Shown piece after piece: positions 19,266 to 29,522 of a stretch of DNA of 64,000 bases (positions are counted from its first letter, which is position 1; each line of letters begins with the position of its first letter). Location: NCBI GenBank assembly GCA_013359265.1, contig JABWCD010000005.1, positions 73,678 through 137,677 of the forward strand, given 5' to 3'. Under the pieces are notes generated by a model. It worked only from the letters and a program-made list of their open reading frames with translations. It did not search any database and was not told the DNA's origin. The stretch is from Candidatus Hydrogenedentota bacterium (GTDB lineage: Bacteria; Hydrogenedentota; Hydrogenedentia; Hydrogenedentales; SLHB01). Both the position numbers and the translations under genes were made by a program.

Positions 19266-21467
19266 ATGAGTACAGGGAATCATTCTGCGTTGGGTGGCGC
19301 CACTGCGTCACGTGTCCTTTTGGTCCTTTCCTTTTCTGCGCTTTCCTTGCTTGCCGCGGCAGACGACTTCGCCCCGCGCGTTGAAATACTCACGCGCCAC
19401 GTTCAGCGCCTGCACGCCATCACCGTGCCCGATGCGGATGCGCCAACTAAGGCGGAAAAACTGAAGCAACTCGAAGACGCCGTGGCGAAGGGGGCGGCAA
19501 ATTCCGAAGAGTTTATCGCGCTGTACAATCAGATTGACGACGTCCGAATGTGGCTCTGGTCCCACGCGACGGACCAACCACGTATCGCCGCGGGGAGCTT
19601 TGCGGAATCGGACGGCGCCTGGACGATATCCGCGCCTTCCCTCACGGTGACGCTGGCGAAATCCGACCTTGGAATAACGGTGAAGACGCCGGAGGCCGCA
19701 TGGCAGTTCGCGCCGTGTGAGGACCGCGACATCGTCATGCCGGGAAAGGCGATTGGGCTGCTCAAGGCGGGCGCGCGCAATGTCGAGGAATTCCGCACGG
19801 GGTACAGCGTGGGGCTTATCGCAGTTTTCTCGGAATTTGCGGAAGCGCCCGGATTGGAAGTTCGGCTTTGTCTAAACGTAATTGGCAACGCATTGGTGTG
19901 CGAGTTCATCGCGACCGACGACGGGCAGACCTTTACGGACGTGTACTGGCCGAAGGCGATCGTCACCGGAATCACCGCCAACGATGTTGCCGTGATTCCG
20001 CACATGCAGGGCATGCTGTTGCCCGGCGACTGGCACCAGGAGATCAAACAACATAGTCTCGTCAATTCACGCACGCTTTACATGCCGTGGTGGGGACATC
20101 TTGCGAACGGCGTGCGCGGCGCGGGGCCCGGTGTCGTCGCGATTATCGAGACGCCCGACGACGCGGGCGCCGATTACAGACACGCACCGGGAGGGCCTAC
20201 GGTGGTTGCGCCGTATTGGGCGCCGAGCCTCGGCAAAATGCGGTACCAGCGCGTCATCCGCTATATCTTTGACGACGACGCGACCTACGTCACGCTTGCG
20301 AAGCGCTATCGACAACACGTGCAGGAAACAGGGCGTTTCGTATCCCTGTCGGAAAAGGCGCTGCGTACGCCCAATGTGAACGAAGTGATCGGACGTCCCG
20401 TGATTCACATCGGGGCCCTCTATCACTTCGTGCGCGAAGCGTCGCTATTCAATAAGGAACGCATTGAGAACAACCACGGCCTTACGACGTTCGAGGAACT
20501 GGCGAACGGCTTGAACGAATTGAAAGTGCGCGGTGTGGAGGACGCGTACATCCACCTCGACGGTTGGGGCTTCTACGGCTATGACAATGGACACCCCGAC
20601 GTGTTGCCGCCCGGCGAGGAGCAGGGGGGATGGGACGGCCTGCGCGCGTTCGCGGACACGTGCGATCGGCTCGGCTACCTTTTTGCCGTGCACGATCAGT
20701 ACCGCGATTTTTACCTCAACGCCGTGTCGTTCGACGATCGCCTCGTGGCGTACCGATTCGATGGCACCTGCGAACAGCATTCGACGTGGTGCGGCGGTCC
20801 GCAGACGATTCTCAACCCGCGTTTCGCTCCGGACTATGTGCGCCGCAACCATGACCTGTTCGCCGCGAACGGCGTGCAGGTGAAGGGCGCCTATCTCGAC
20901 GTGTTCTCGATCGTGCCGATCGAGGAAAGCAGCGAGAAATCGCACCCCGTCTCGCGCAGCGAATGCGCGCGCTATCGCGCGGACTGTTTCGATCTGCTCC
21001 GTGCGCGCGGTTACGTGGTGAGTTCAGAAGAACCAACGGACTACCTGGCGCCGCACATCGATCTGGTCCATCACGGCCCGTACGCGACGTACCCGAACAT
21101 TGGCGGTGGCGATGCGCGCGGCATCCCCGTCCCGCTATGGAACCTCGTCTATCATGACGCGCTACTGCTGCCGTGGGACATGGGCGAGAACGGCGGTTGG
21201 GGCACGCCGGCCGGCGACGCGGGATACCTGCACTGCTTCCTGAACGCGGGCCTGCCGTATCTGGGACTTGGGGCGGGCCCGGACCAGATTGCGCGCATGA
21301 AAGAGGCGTGCGCACTTAATCAACGCTGCGCCACGAGCGATATGGTGTCGCACGAGTTTCTGGACGATGCGTACCGTCAACAGCGCACGACCTACAGCGA
21401 CGGCACGACAGTCACGATTGACTTCGCTGCAAAGTCCTACACGATTGAGCCACCGGCCAATGGCTGA
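19266..21467 (+). CDS. secreted glycoside hydrolase, GH101/GH129-like (DUF5696-type) TIM barrel
   Basis: signal peptide; YIHLDGWGFYGYDNGHPD, GGWDGL, HDQYRDFY, GAYLDVF, VSSEE. Confidence 0.7.
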   Translation: MSTGNHSALGGATASRVLLVLSFSALSLLAAADDFAPRVEILTRHVQRLHAITVPDADAPTKAEKLKQLEDAVAKGAANSEEFIALYNQIDDVRMWLWSHATDQPRIAAGSFAESDGAWTISAPSLTVTLAKSDLGITVKTPEAAWQFAPCEDRDIVMPGKAIGLLKAGARNVEEFRTGYSVGLIAVFSEFAEAPGLEVRLCLNVIGNALVCEFIATDDGQTFTDVYWPKAIVTGITANDVAVIPHMQGMLLPGDWHQEIKQHSLVNSRTLYMPWWGHLANGVRGAGPGVVAIIETPDDAGADYRHAPGGPTVVAPYWAPSLGKMRYQRVIRYIFDDDATYVTLAKRYRQHVQETGRFVSLSEKALRTPNVNEVIGRPVIHIGALYHFVREASLFNKERIENNHGLTTFEELANGLNELKVRGVEDAYIHLDGWGFYGYDNGHPDVLPPGEEQGGWDGLRAFADTCDRLGYLFAVHDQYRDFYLNAVSFDDRLVAYRFDGTCEQHSTWCGGPQTILNPRFAPDYVRRNHDLFAANGVQVKGAYLDVFSIVPIEESSEKSHPVSRSECARYRADCFDLLRARGYVVSSEEPTDYLAPHIDLVHHGPYATYPNIGGGDARGIPVPLWNLVYHDALLLPWDMGENGGWGTPAGDAGYLHCFLNAGLPYLGLGAGPDQIARMKEACALNQRCATSDMVSHEFLDDAYRQQRTTYSDGTTVTIDFAAKSYTIEPPANG

Positions 21468-21479
21468 ATCGTCGCTCCG

Positions 21480-21746
21480 CTAACGAGATTGTGCCTCGAT
21501 ATAAGAGCGCAGCACGGCATTGATTCGTGTCTGATATCCCCGCCCTTGTTTGCGGAACCATCCCAGTACATCCGGGTCGATGCGTATCGAGACTAGTTCC
21601 TTGGGTTTGGGTAAGCGCACTTCCATCCGCTTGAACACCCTCGGATCGATCTCCGGCGCCTCGCCCAGATCGATCTCATTATCGGGCATGGAGGCGAGCT
21701 TTCTCCATTTTGTCCTAGACTTTTTCGTGGTAGATTTTTTCTTCAC
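21480..21746 (-). CDS. brnA: BrnA family antitoxin
   Basis: C-terminal RHH: PKELVSIRIDPDVLGWFRKQGRGYQTRINAVLRSY. Confidence 0.9.
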   Translation of the reverse strand: MKKKSTTKKSRTKWRKLASMPDNEIDLGEAPEIDPRVFKRMEVRLPKPKELVSIRIDPDVLGWFRKQGRGYQTRINAVLRSYIEAQSR

Positions 21747-21988
21747 GTTTTGTCGCCTTTCGCGCGGATACGATGCGGATCGAGTCCGTGTCCCGCTCTA
21801 CAAACACGACTACGGCGACGATTGACTTGAGTATTCCGAATCCCAAACCATCTATCTTCCCCGTAGTCCTTGCGATCATCCAAGAACAGCACCATTGGGT
21901 GTTGAAACATGGTCGGTACATCAACAAAATCAATTCCGTGTTTGCGAATGTTCATTCGATTTTTTGCTTCGTCCCATTCGTAAACGAT
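21715..21988 (-). pseudogene. brnT: BrnT family toxin, disrupted (ATC where ATG is expected; +1 frameshift near 21847)
   Basis: xVYEWDEAKNRMNIRKHGIDF..DYGEDRW in one frame, continuing LGFGILKSIVAVVVFVER..IRIVSARKATKRE in another. Confidence 0.8.
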
Positions 21989-21995
21989 TTCCTAT

Positions 21996-22024
21996 AGTGT
22001 AGATACAATTTGTATTGATATCAA
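21996..22024 (-). promoter_or_regulatory. brnTA promoter with palindromic operator
   Basis: minus strand TTGATA-17 bp-TACACT; ATACAA-T-TTGTAT palindrome at 22003-22015 inside the spacer. Confidence 0.7.
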
Positions 22025-22096
22025 GGGCGGGTATGCGGGGGATGCACCTGTCGAGTGCGTTTGACGATCCGGAGAACACAGCGCTACGCTGGCGGC

Positions 22097-23092
22097 ATGA
22101 AAGTCGTGGCAGGAGGCGGCCCGAAAATCAGCGGGCATCTTACTATTGATCCCTTTGCCCCGGCATATCTCGCCTTACACGAATCTGGCGCACTTTCGGC
22201 GCGGGTCGAGCGGGCGCTTGCCGAGTTGCGCGATTGCTGCGCGTGTCCGCGGAATTGTCATGTCAACCGCATGGCGAACGAAACGAAAGTGTGCAACACC
22301 GGGCGCTACGCGCGCGTCGCCAGCGCATTTCCGCATTTTGGGGAAGAGGATTGCCTTCGCGGACGCAAGGGATCGGGGACCATCTTCTTTGGTTTGTGCA
22401 ACCTGCGCTGCGTGTTTTGCCAAAACTGGGACATCAGCCAGAAGGTGTCGGGCGCGGAGATGACCGCGGACCAAATCGCGGACGTGATGATCGAATTGCA
22501 GGGCTACGGTTGTCACAACATCAACTTCGTCACGCCGGAGCACGTCGCGCCGCAGGTCATTGAGGCCGTTGCGGCGGCCGTGCCGCGAGGCCTTCGCCTG
22601 CCGATTGTGTACAACACGAGCGCGTACGACTCGGTATCGTCGCTGCGGTTGCTCGACGGCCTCATCGATATCTACATGCCGGACTTCAAATTCTGGGAGC
22701 GCGAAACCGCGAAGCGGCTGTGCAAGGCGAAGGACTACCCTGATCGCGCGCGCGAAGCCATCGCGGAAATGCACCGGCAAGTCGGGGTGCTCAAGTTTGG
22801 CCCTGATGGCATGGCGCGGCGCGGCGTGCTTGTGCGTCATCTCGTCATGCCCGGACAAACGGCGGAAGCCGCGGCCATTTTTCGATGGCTCGCCAATGAA
22901 CTCTCGCCGGATACCTACGTCAACATCATGGGACAGTATCACGTTGACTACCAGGTCGGCTCCATCGCCAGCAATGGCACGGCCAAGTACACCGACATCG
23001 AACGTCGCGCCACCGACGCGGAAATGCGCGATGCTTTCGCCGCTGCGCGGGATGCCGGCCTCTGGCGTTTCGACGCACGCTGGCTCCCATGA
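22097..23092 (+). CDS. radical SAM protein, PflX-like (PFL-activating-enzyme-related)
   Basis: CCACPRNCHVNR, HFGEE, GSGTIFF, CNLRCVFCQN (CxxxCxxC), NINFVTP, RHLVMPG. Confidence 0.88.
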   Translation: MKVVAGGGPKISGHLTIDPFAPAYLALHESGALSARVERALAELRDCCACPRNCHVNRMANETKVCNTGRYARVASAFPHFGEEDCLRGRKGSGTIFFGLCNLRCVFCQNWDISQKVSGAEMTADQIADVMIELQGYGCHNINFVTPEHVAPQVIEAVAAAVPRGLRLPIVYNTSAYDSVSSLRLLDGLIDIYMPDFKFWERETAKRLCKAKDYPDRAREAIAEMHRQVGVLKFGPDGMARRGVLVRHLVMPGQTAEAAAIFRWLANELSPDTYVNIMGQYHVDYQVGSIASNGTAKYTDIERRATDAEMRDAFAAARDAGLWRFDARWLP

Positions 23093-23175
23093 ATACCCGC
23101 CTGTGGTTTGTACCGCGAACGCGCCCCAAGTAGGATTGCGCTCGCAGTGCACGTGGGAAAATTGGAGAGGCGCAG

Positions 23176-24132
23176 GTGCAGATTCGGAAAGCCGTTATTA
23201 CCGCGGCGGCGCGCGGGTCCCGGTTGTATCCCGCCGCGGATACGGTGCAGAAAGCGATGTTGCCGCTGGTGGACCGCGATGGTCTCACCAAGCCGGTGAT
23301 TCAGATCATCGCGGAAGAGGCGATTGAAAGCGGTATCGAGGAGATTGTAGTCATTTGCGCGCCGGGCGACGAGGCGAACTACCGGCGGCAGTTTCAGTCG
23401 TTGCGCGAGAATCTGCTCGAAGCGTACCGGGGCGCGGAGTGGGCGCGTCTGCAATCCGAAAAGATCGCCAGCCTCGAAGGCCGCCTGCGGTTTGCCGTTC
23501 AGGATGAACCGTTGGGATACGGCCACGCCGTCAGTTGCGCGCGGCCTATCGTGGGCGACGAGCCGTTTCTCCTGCTGCTCGGCGATCACTTGTACGTATC
23601 GCAAATCGAGGGCAAGCGCTGCGTCGAGCAACTGGTCGAGTTGGCGCAGCGCGAGGACTGCGCCGTCGCCGCAGTTCAGGCGACGCGCGAACATCTTGTT
23701 GGCCGCTACGGCACGTTGACGGGTAAGCGCCAGCAGGGCGCGCCCGGCATCTACCAAATCGATCGCATTATCGAGAAGCCGTCGTTGAGTCAGGCCGAGT
23801 TGGAACTGCACACACCGGGCCTGCGCGTCGGGCACTATCTGTGCTTCTTCGGCATGTACGTGCTCACGCCGTCCCTGTTCGCCATTCTCGACGAGGCGCT
23901 GCATTCGAGCAGCGAAAAGCACGACGTTGCGTTGACGCCCGCCTTGCAGGAATTGGCGCGCCGAGAACGGTTCCTTGCGCTGGAACTAAAGGGCACGCGC
24001 TACGATATCGGCGCAAAGTTTGGCCTGCTGCAAACGCAACTCGCGCTCGCGCTCGCGGGCGCGGACCGCGAGGAGATGATGACGGTTGTCCTTGAACTGC
24101 TCGCGGAATCCGCGCGCCGCTCGAAGCACTAG
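23176..24132 (+). CDS. GalU-like sugar-1-phosphate nucleotidyltransferase
   Basis: RKAVITAAARGSRLYPA..KAMLP, QDEPLGYGHAV, EPFLLLLGD, IIEKP, RYDIG. Confidence 0.82.
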   Translation: MQIRKAVITAAARGSRLYPAADTVQKAMLPLVDRDGLTKPVIQIIAEEAIESGIEEIVVICAPGDEANYRRQFQSLRENLLEAYRGAEWARLQSEKIASLEGRLRFAVQDEPLGYGHAVSCARPIVGDEPFLLLLGDHLYVSQIEGKRCVEQLVELAQREDCAVAAVQATREHLVGRYGTLTGKRQQGAPGIYQIDRIIEKPSLSQAELELHTPGLRVGHYLCFFGMYVLTPSLFAILDEALHSSSEKHDVALTPALQELARRERFLALELKGTRYDIGAKFGLLQTQLALALAGADREEMMTVVLELLAESARRSKH

Positions 24133-24185
24133 TGGTTCATACTATTTGTTCGAGCGAGTGCATTCCACGCCGCCTTGGGAAGAGG

Positions 24186-24268
24186 AATCTCAAATCTCAG
24201 ATTTGAAACCTCAAATGGGAGAGGACATCGGGAGTCAGGAGTTGGAAGTCAGTAGCCGGGAGTCAGGC
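24186..24268. repeat. degenerate heptamer repeat tracts (ATCTCAA/G; GGAGTCA)
   Basis: ATCTCAA ATCTCAG ATTTGAA ACCTCAA and GGAGTCA GGAGTTG GAAGTCA GTAGCCG GGAGTCA. Confidence 0.5.
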
Positions 24269-24428
24269 GTGATGCGTCACGATTCGGGGATCCAATCGAT
24301 CCGGACAAAATGGATCGGGGGAAAAGTGCCGCCGCGTTTCGACGGGCGCAGAACTGCGGCGCGCCTCGAGACGCCGCTGTACGCCAGCCACGCGCAATTC
24401 CGAATGGAACGAGCCACTAGGCCGTAGC

Positions 24429-27400
24429 ATGGACCCTTTTATCGAGACCATCACCAGCGACCAGTCCGTCGTGCGCGAACGCGCGTTCCGCGAACTGTGC
24501 GAAGGCAAGAGCGTGGCCGAACTGTTGCAGTCCTGCGCCGAGTTGGAAACGTTCCGCCGAAAGTCCGACAACCTGTACGAGCGCGTACGCGCGACCTTGT
24601 TCCTGTATGCGGCGCACCGGTTCTATCTGTCCGAGGCGCGCGAGTTACCCGAGGCCGGCGCAGTTCCGTTTGCCGCGGTGCGCGATCTGCACGAGCGGCG
24701 CTTCGAGGAAGCGATTGCGCAGTTCCGCGCGGCACAGCAGGCTAGCGGCGCAAACGGCGCGCTGATGAGCGCCTTGGCCGAAGGTTACCACCATCTCGCG
24801 TTCCAGACGCTCGCGGACCAGGTGCGCCGCAGCGTGCGCGGGAGCCGCGGCAACCAATGGATGTTTCGCGTCGGACACGCCGACAACCATCCGGTCCGAA
24901 TTCGGCCCGAACTCTTGCGCCGAAGCGACGGCTCGATCTTGTATCCCGTGCTCACCGAGCGAACGCCGGTACGGCTGGACCTCAGCCATAGCGGCTGGTC
25001 CGACATATTTTTTCTCGGCATGGATTATCCCGAAGGCGCGCGCGTGGTGAACATTAGCGTTGACCTCGGGGTATACGGCCGCGACACGGACGTTCGCCCG
25101 CCGGTCGAAGCGCATGTACGTGTGATACCCGAACCGGTACTGCGAATTTCGAGCATCGATCTCGGTGTGACGAAGGACATCGTGGACCTCGTCGATCTCT
25201 TCAACTTTGGGAATGACTATCTCAGCCTCGTGAAAGCCGGGGTTATCGCGTCCGGGCTGGTGCCGGCTTCTTTCGAAGGCACTCACCATTCCGTTGCCGC
25301 GGTTCTTGCGTCTGTCGTCGGTCCGGGAATGGGGATTGAGCTAGTCACGAAAGTAAACGACATTCCGAAAGGGTCGCGTCTCGCGGTATCTACAAACCTC
25401 CTCGCGAGCATTGTCAGCGTGCTCATGCGCGCGACGGGACAGACCGCGTCGCTCGAGGGCGGGCTGACCGAGAGCGAACGGAGGCTGGTGGCTTCGCGCG
25501 CGATTCTCGGCGAGTGGCTTGGGGGTAGCGGGGGCGGGTGGCAAGACAGCGGCGGTGTGTGGCCGGGTATCAAGGTCATCGAGGGCGCGCCCGCGAAGGA
25601 AGGCGAACCGGAATTCGGCATCAGCCGCGGCTGTCTTTTGCCGCGGCACCATGTGCTGGGCAAAGACGAAGTCCATCCGGAATTCACGGAGCGATTTGCG
25701 CAGTCGCTGGTGTTGCTCCATGGCGGCATGGCGCAGGACGTTGGGCCGATCCTGGAAATGGTCACGGAGAAGTATTTGCTGCGTTCCGCGGACGAATGGC
25801 GCGCCCGGCAACACATGCGCGCAATATTCGACGGCATACTTACGGCGCTGCGGAAAGGCGACGTGAAATCGCTCGCGACGCACACCACACAAAACTTCGA
25901 CGGGCCTTTGAGGACCATAATTCCCTGGGTGACGAACTATTTTACCGAAACGATTATTTCGCACGCGCGGGCCGCGCTTGGGCGGAACTATTGGGGATTC
26001 CAGATGCTCGGCGGCATGTCCGGCGGGGGCATGGCGATGTACGTTGCACCGGAGGCGCACGCGGAATCGCGCGATCGAATTCTCGATATCATGCGCGCGG
26101 CGAAACTTGGCGTCGATGACGCGCTTCCCTTCGCGATGGAGCCGGTCGTGTACGATTTCCGGATCAACGAGCGGGGTACGTGGGCGACACTGCACGCCGG
26201 CGAAGATGCGATGATGCCGTCGCGGTACTATGCGCTCCAGGTACCGGAACTGGTGCGCCATTCGGCCGACGCGTTGCCGTACTTGCGCCGGGCGGAACTC
26301 GATCACTTCACCGCGAGCAGCAAGGAACCGATCGAGACCTTCGGCCTCCTGCGTACAATCGTCAGCAATTTGTTCCGCGTCGCGAACCCGGCATCTCGTT
26401 CAGAGCGTATCGAGTGGGACCGGGAATCCGAGGCGATCAAGGCGCAGAACGGCTTCGACGTCGTGCAGCACGAGCAGATTCGCGCAGACTTGAGGGCAGG
26501 CCGCATCGGGCTCGCGCATAATCGCATGTCGGTGGAGACCGCCATTGACGATGTGCTTGACGCAGACGTCGCCAAGCTCTCTGACCAGACAAAGCACGCT
26601 TCACGCGGCGAGCGCGCACTGCGCGAAGGCCGCGTCGCCGTGCTGTCCCTTGCGGGCGGCGTGGGCAGCCGATGGACCACCGGGGCGGGTGTCATCAAGG
26701 CGTTGAATCCGTTCGTCAGCATTGCCGGGAAACATCGCAGTTTTCTCGAAATTCATTTGTCAAAGTCACGCGCAACCGCGCAGAAATATGGGGCACATCC
26801 GCCTCACATCGTTTCGACCAGTTTTCTCACGCACGCGCCCATCGAGCGCCACCTTGCAGCGTCGCAGCACTTCGGATACGGCGGTCCAGTGCACTTATCG
26901 CCGGGCCGATCGATTAGCCAGCGGCTGGTGCCGATGGTGCGCGACCTCGTTTTCCTCTGGGAAGAGATGCCGCAGGAAACGCTCGACGAGCAGAAGCAAA
27001 AAGTGCGCGAGGCCGTGCACGGAGCGCTGACGCAGTGGGCGCGCGACGCAGGCGAAGGCAGCGACTACGCCGACAACGTGCCCATCCAACGCTTCAATCC
27101 GCCCGGCCACTGGTACGAGGTTCCAAACCTTTTCCGAAACGGCGCGTTGGCGCGGTTGCTGCGCGAGCGTCCAAACGTCGAGACCATCATGCTGCATAAC
27201 ATCGATACGCTTGGCGCCGATTTGGACCCCGCTGCGCTTGGCTGTCACCTCGAATCCGGCAACGTCCTCACGTTCGAGGTGGTGCCGCGGCGCATCGGCG
27301 ACAGCGGCGGCGGTCTTGCGCGGGTGGGTGGGCGCGTGCGCCTGCTCGAAGGCCTCGCCCAACCGCGCGAGGAAGACGAGTACAAACTCCGGTACTACAA

Positions 27401-27764
27401 TTCGATGACAACATGGATTCAAATCGATCCGCTCCTGAATGTGTTCGGCCTGACGCGCGACGACTTAAACGGGCCGGAGGAATTCATCGCCGAGGCCGTG
27501 CGCAGAATGGCGCAGCGTTTGCCCACGTACGTAACCATCAAGGACGTGAAGAAGCGCTGGGGCCACGGACAAGAGGATGTGTACCCCGTGGCCCAGTTTG
27601 AGAAGTTGTGGAGCGATATGAGTGGACTCCCGGATGTCCGCTGCGGATTTCTCGCGGTACCGCGTTTGCGCGGGCAACAACTCAAGGACCCCGCCGAACT
27701 TGACCCGTGGGCGAACGACGGCAGCAAAGACCACGTCGCGTCCCTGTGCGTGTTTGACGCGTGA
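24429..27764 (+). CDS. GHMP-family kinase fused to C-terminal UDPGP/UAP-type sugar-nucleotide pyrophosphorylase
   Basis: PVRLDL..GWSD, IPKGSRLAVST, GGGWQD, LGGMSGGG (kinase); LAGGVGSRW..K, PPGH, NIDTL, QFEK (pyrophosphorylase). Confidence 0.8.
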   Translation: MDPFIETITSDQSVVRERAFRELCEGKSVAELLQSCAELETFRRKSDNLYERVRATLFLYAAHRFYLSEARELPEAGAVPFAAVRDLHERRFEEAIAQFRAAQQASGANGALMSALAEGYHHLAFQTLADQVRRSVRGSRGNQWMFRVGHADNHPVRIRPELLRRSDGSILYPVLTERTPVRLDLSHSGWSDIFFLGMDYPEGARVVNISVDLGVYGRDTDVRPPVEAHVRVIPEPVLRISSIDLGVTKDIVDLVDLFNFGNDYLSLVKAGVIASGLVPASFEGTHHSVAAVLASVVGPGMGIELVTKVNDIPKGSRLAVSTNLLASIVSVLMRATGQTASLEGGLTESERRLVASRAILGEWLGGSGGGWQDSGGVWPGIKVIEGAPAKEGEPEFGISRGCLLPRHHVLGKDEVHPEFTERFAQSLVLLHGGMAQDVGPILEMVTEKYLLRSADEWRARQHMRAIFDGILTALRKGDVKSLATHTTQNFDGPLRTIIPWVTNYFTETIISHARAALGRNYWGFQMLGGMSGGGMAMYVAPEAHAESRDRILDIMRAAKLGVDDALPFAMEPVVYDFRINERGTWATLHAGEDAMMPSRYYALQVPELVRHSADALPYLRRAELDHFTASSKEPIETFGLLRTIVSNLFRVANPASRSERIEWDRESEAIKAQNGFDVVQHEQIRADLRAGRIGLAHNRMSVETAIDDVLDADVAKLSDQTKHASRGERALREGRVAVLSLAGGVGSRWTTGAGVIKALNPFVSIAGKHRSFLEIHLSKSRATAQKYGAHPPHIVSTSFLTHAPIERHLAASQHFGYGGPVHLSPGRSISQRLVPMVRDLVFLWEEMPQETLDEQKQKVREAVHGALTQWARDAGEGSDYADNVPIQRFNPPGHWYEVPNLFRNGALARLLRERPNVETIMLHNIDTLGADLDPAALGCHLESGNVLTFEVVPRRIGDSGGGLARVGGRVRLLEGLAQPREEDEYKLRYYNSMTTWIQIDPLLNVFGLTRDDLNGPEEFIAEAVRRMAQRLPTYVTIKDVKKRWGHGQEDVYPVAQFEKLWSDMSGLPDVRCGFLAVPRLRGQQLKDPAELDPWANDGSKDHVASLCVFDA

Positions 27765-29500
27765 CCACGCGCGGCGCGTTTGCGCGGTACGGCGCATGGG
27801 TCCCGCTGGCTATCGCCGCTGCATTGGCGGCGACGGGCCTGGGCACGGGTTTTGTCGGCGACGACGCGTATCACCTGCTGATTCTCCATGGCGAGCGCAC
27901 GCCATCGGTTGACGGCAATCTCTATTCGTTCATGTCCGGCGATCCCGAAGTTACGCAACAGTTCATCGAATCCGGACCGTATCCGTGGTGGACATGGCCT
28001 GAAGCGAAGGCCGTTTTTTACCGCCCCCTGACGGTCGCGCTGCAACGGCTGGACTTTGCCGTGTTCGGAAACCATGCCGTGTATTGGCATATCCACGGGA
28101 TCGCGTGGTATCTCGCGATGGTCTATGCATGGATTCTGATCGCGCGCAGATCGCTCTCCGCGCCGATTGCCTTTCTCGCGGCGATCCTGTTCGCGATCGA
28201 CGAATCCCATTGGATGCCCGCGGTCTGGATCGCGAACCGTAACGCGGTTGTTGCGTGTGTGCCTGCGTTGTTCGGTCTATACGCGCACCTGCGATGGCGG
28301 GAAAACGGTTGGAAGCCGGGCCTTCCACTTTCCATCGCCGGATACGTTCTCGGCATGTTCGGGGGCGAAGCCTGGCTCGGGATGGCGGCGTACGTGGCGG
28401 CGTATGAACTGTTTCACACGCGCGAAACGATAGCGCGCCGGTTCCTGCACCTCGCTCCCGCGGCGACCTGTGCCATCGCGTACGCTGTCGCGTACAAACT
28501 CTCGGGCTACGGCGCGTACGGTTCGGGCAGCTATACCCAACCGCTCAGTGCGTTGTACTTCTCCGAAGCGCCGGGGCGCATACTCGCGCTGATCGGCGGT
28601 CTGCTCCTCTCCTCGCCGGTCGATGCGTGGGCATTTTTCCCGCAACTGCGCTGGGCGCTCATCGCCATTGGAATATTCTCCCTCATCCTATTCTCCGGCT
28701 TGTTGCACCGGTGCTGGCCCGGGCTGGACGAGCGCGACCGCGCTGCGCTGCGCTGGCTCATACCCGGCGGAATCCTGTCGCTCCTTCCGGTGATTGCCGC
28801 ATTTCCGATGGGCCGTCTCCTGCTCGGGCCGTCGCTTGCGGGCAGCGCAGTCGTCGCCGTGTTACTGCGCCACTGGTGGATGACCCGGCGGAAACGGCGC
28901 ATTCAACTCGCAGGTGTCGCGTGCGCGGCGCTTGCGTTTGTCCACATCGTAGTCGCCACCATTGCGTGGCCCGCGCAGTCCGCGATTATCACGTTTATCG
29001 GGTATTGGGCCGATCGCGTTTTTCTCGAGGCGCCGATCGACGACGCGCGCGTTTCCAGGCAGAAGGTTTTCCTGCTCGCCGCGCAGGACCCGTTCACATT
29101 GATGTATCCGCCCATCGTTCGTCGGCTGAAAGGCAAGCCTTTGCCGGAGGGATGGCACGCGCTATCCGCCTCGATGTCGGACCATGTGTTTACGCGCACT
29201 GGGGCGAACTCGTTCGAGTTCGAGTCCGCGCGCGGACCGCTCGTGGACGGCGTATTCGCGGACATCTTGCGGGGCCCTGACCATCCGCTCGCGGAGGGCG
29301 ACACGGTCAGCCTCGGCGATGCGCGGATCATTGTGCTCGATGTTATCGACGGAAGGCCGAGGAAGATTCGCGTCGAGTGCGACCAGCCGCTCGATGGTCC
29401 GCGGTACGTGTTTCTGCAATGGATCGATTACCGGCTGCAACTGTTCCCGTTACCACCGGTGGGCGAGTCGCGGGTTGTCAGGTACGCTAAAGCAAATTGA
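27761..29500 (+). CDS. polytopic membrane protein, GT-C (ArnT/PMT-like) glycosyltransferase candidate
   Basis: TM1 followed by GFVGDD, FYRPL, H..AVWIANR pattern; GTGA overlap with the upstream stop. Confidence 0.6.
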   Translation: MTTRGAFARYGAWVPLAIAAALAATGLGTGFVGDDAYHLLILHGERTPSVDGNLYSFMSGDPEVTQQFIESGPYPWWTWPEAKAVFYRPLTVALQRLDFAVFGNHAVYWHIHGIAWYLAMVYAWILIARRSLSAPIAFLAAILFAIDESHWMPAVWIANRNAVVACVPALFGLYAHLRWRENGWKPGLPLSIAGYVLGMFGGEAWLGMAAYVAAYELFHTRETIARRFLHLAPAATCAIAYAVAYKLSGYGAYGSGSYTQPLSALYFSEAPGRILALIGGLLLSSPVDAWAFFPQLRWALIAIGIFSLILFSGLLHRCWPGLDERDRAALRWLIPGGILSLLPVIAAFPMGRLLLGPSLAGSAVVAVLLRHWWMTRRKRRIQLAGVACAALAFVHIVVATIAWPAQSAIITFIGYWADRVFLEAPIDDARVSRQKVFLLAAQDPFTLMYPPIVRRLKGKPLPEGWHALSASMSDHVFTRTGANSFEFESARGPLVDGVFADILRGPDHPLAEGDTVSLGDARIIVLDVIDGRPRKIRVECDQPLDGPRYVFLQWIDYRLQLFPLPPVGESRVVRYAKAN

Positions 29501-29522
29501 AAATGTTGCGTAGCTGTGCTCT

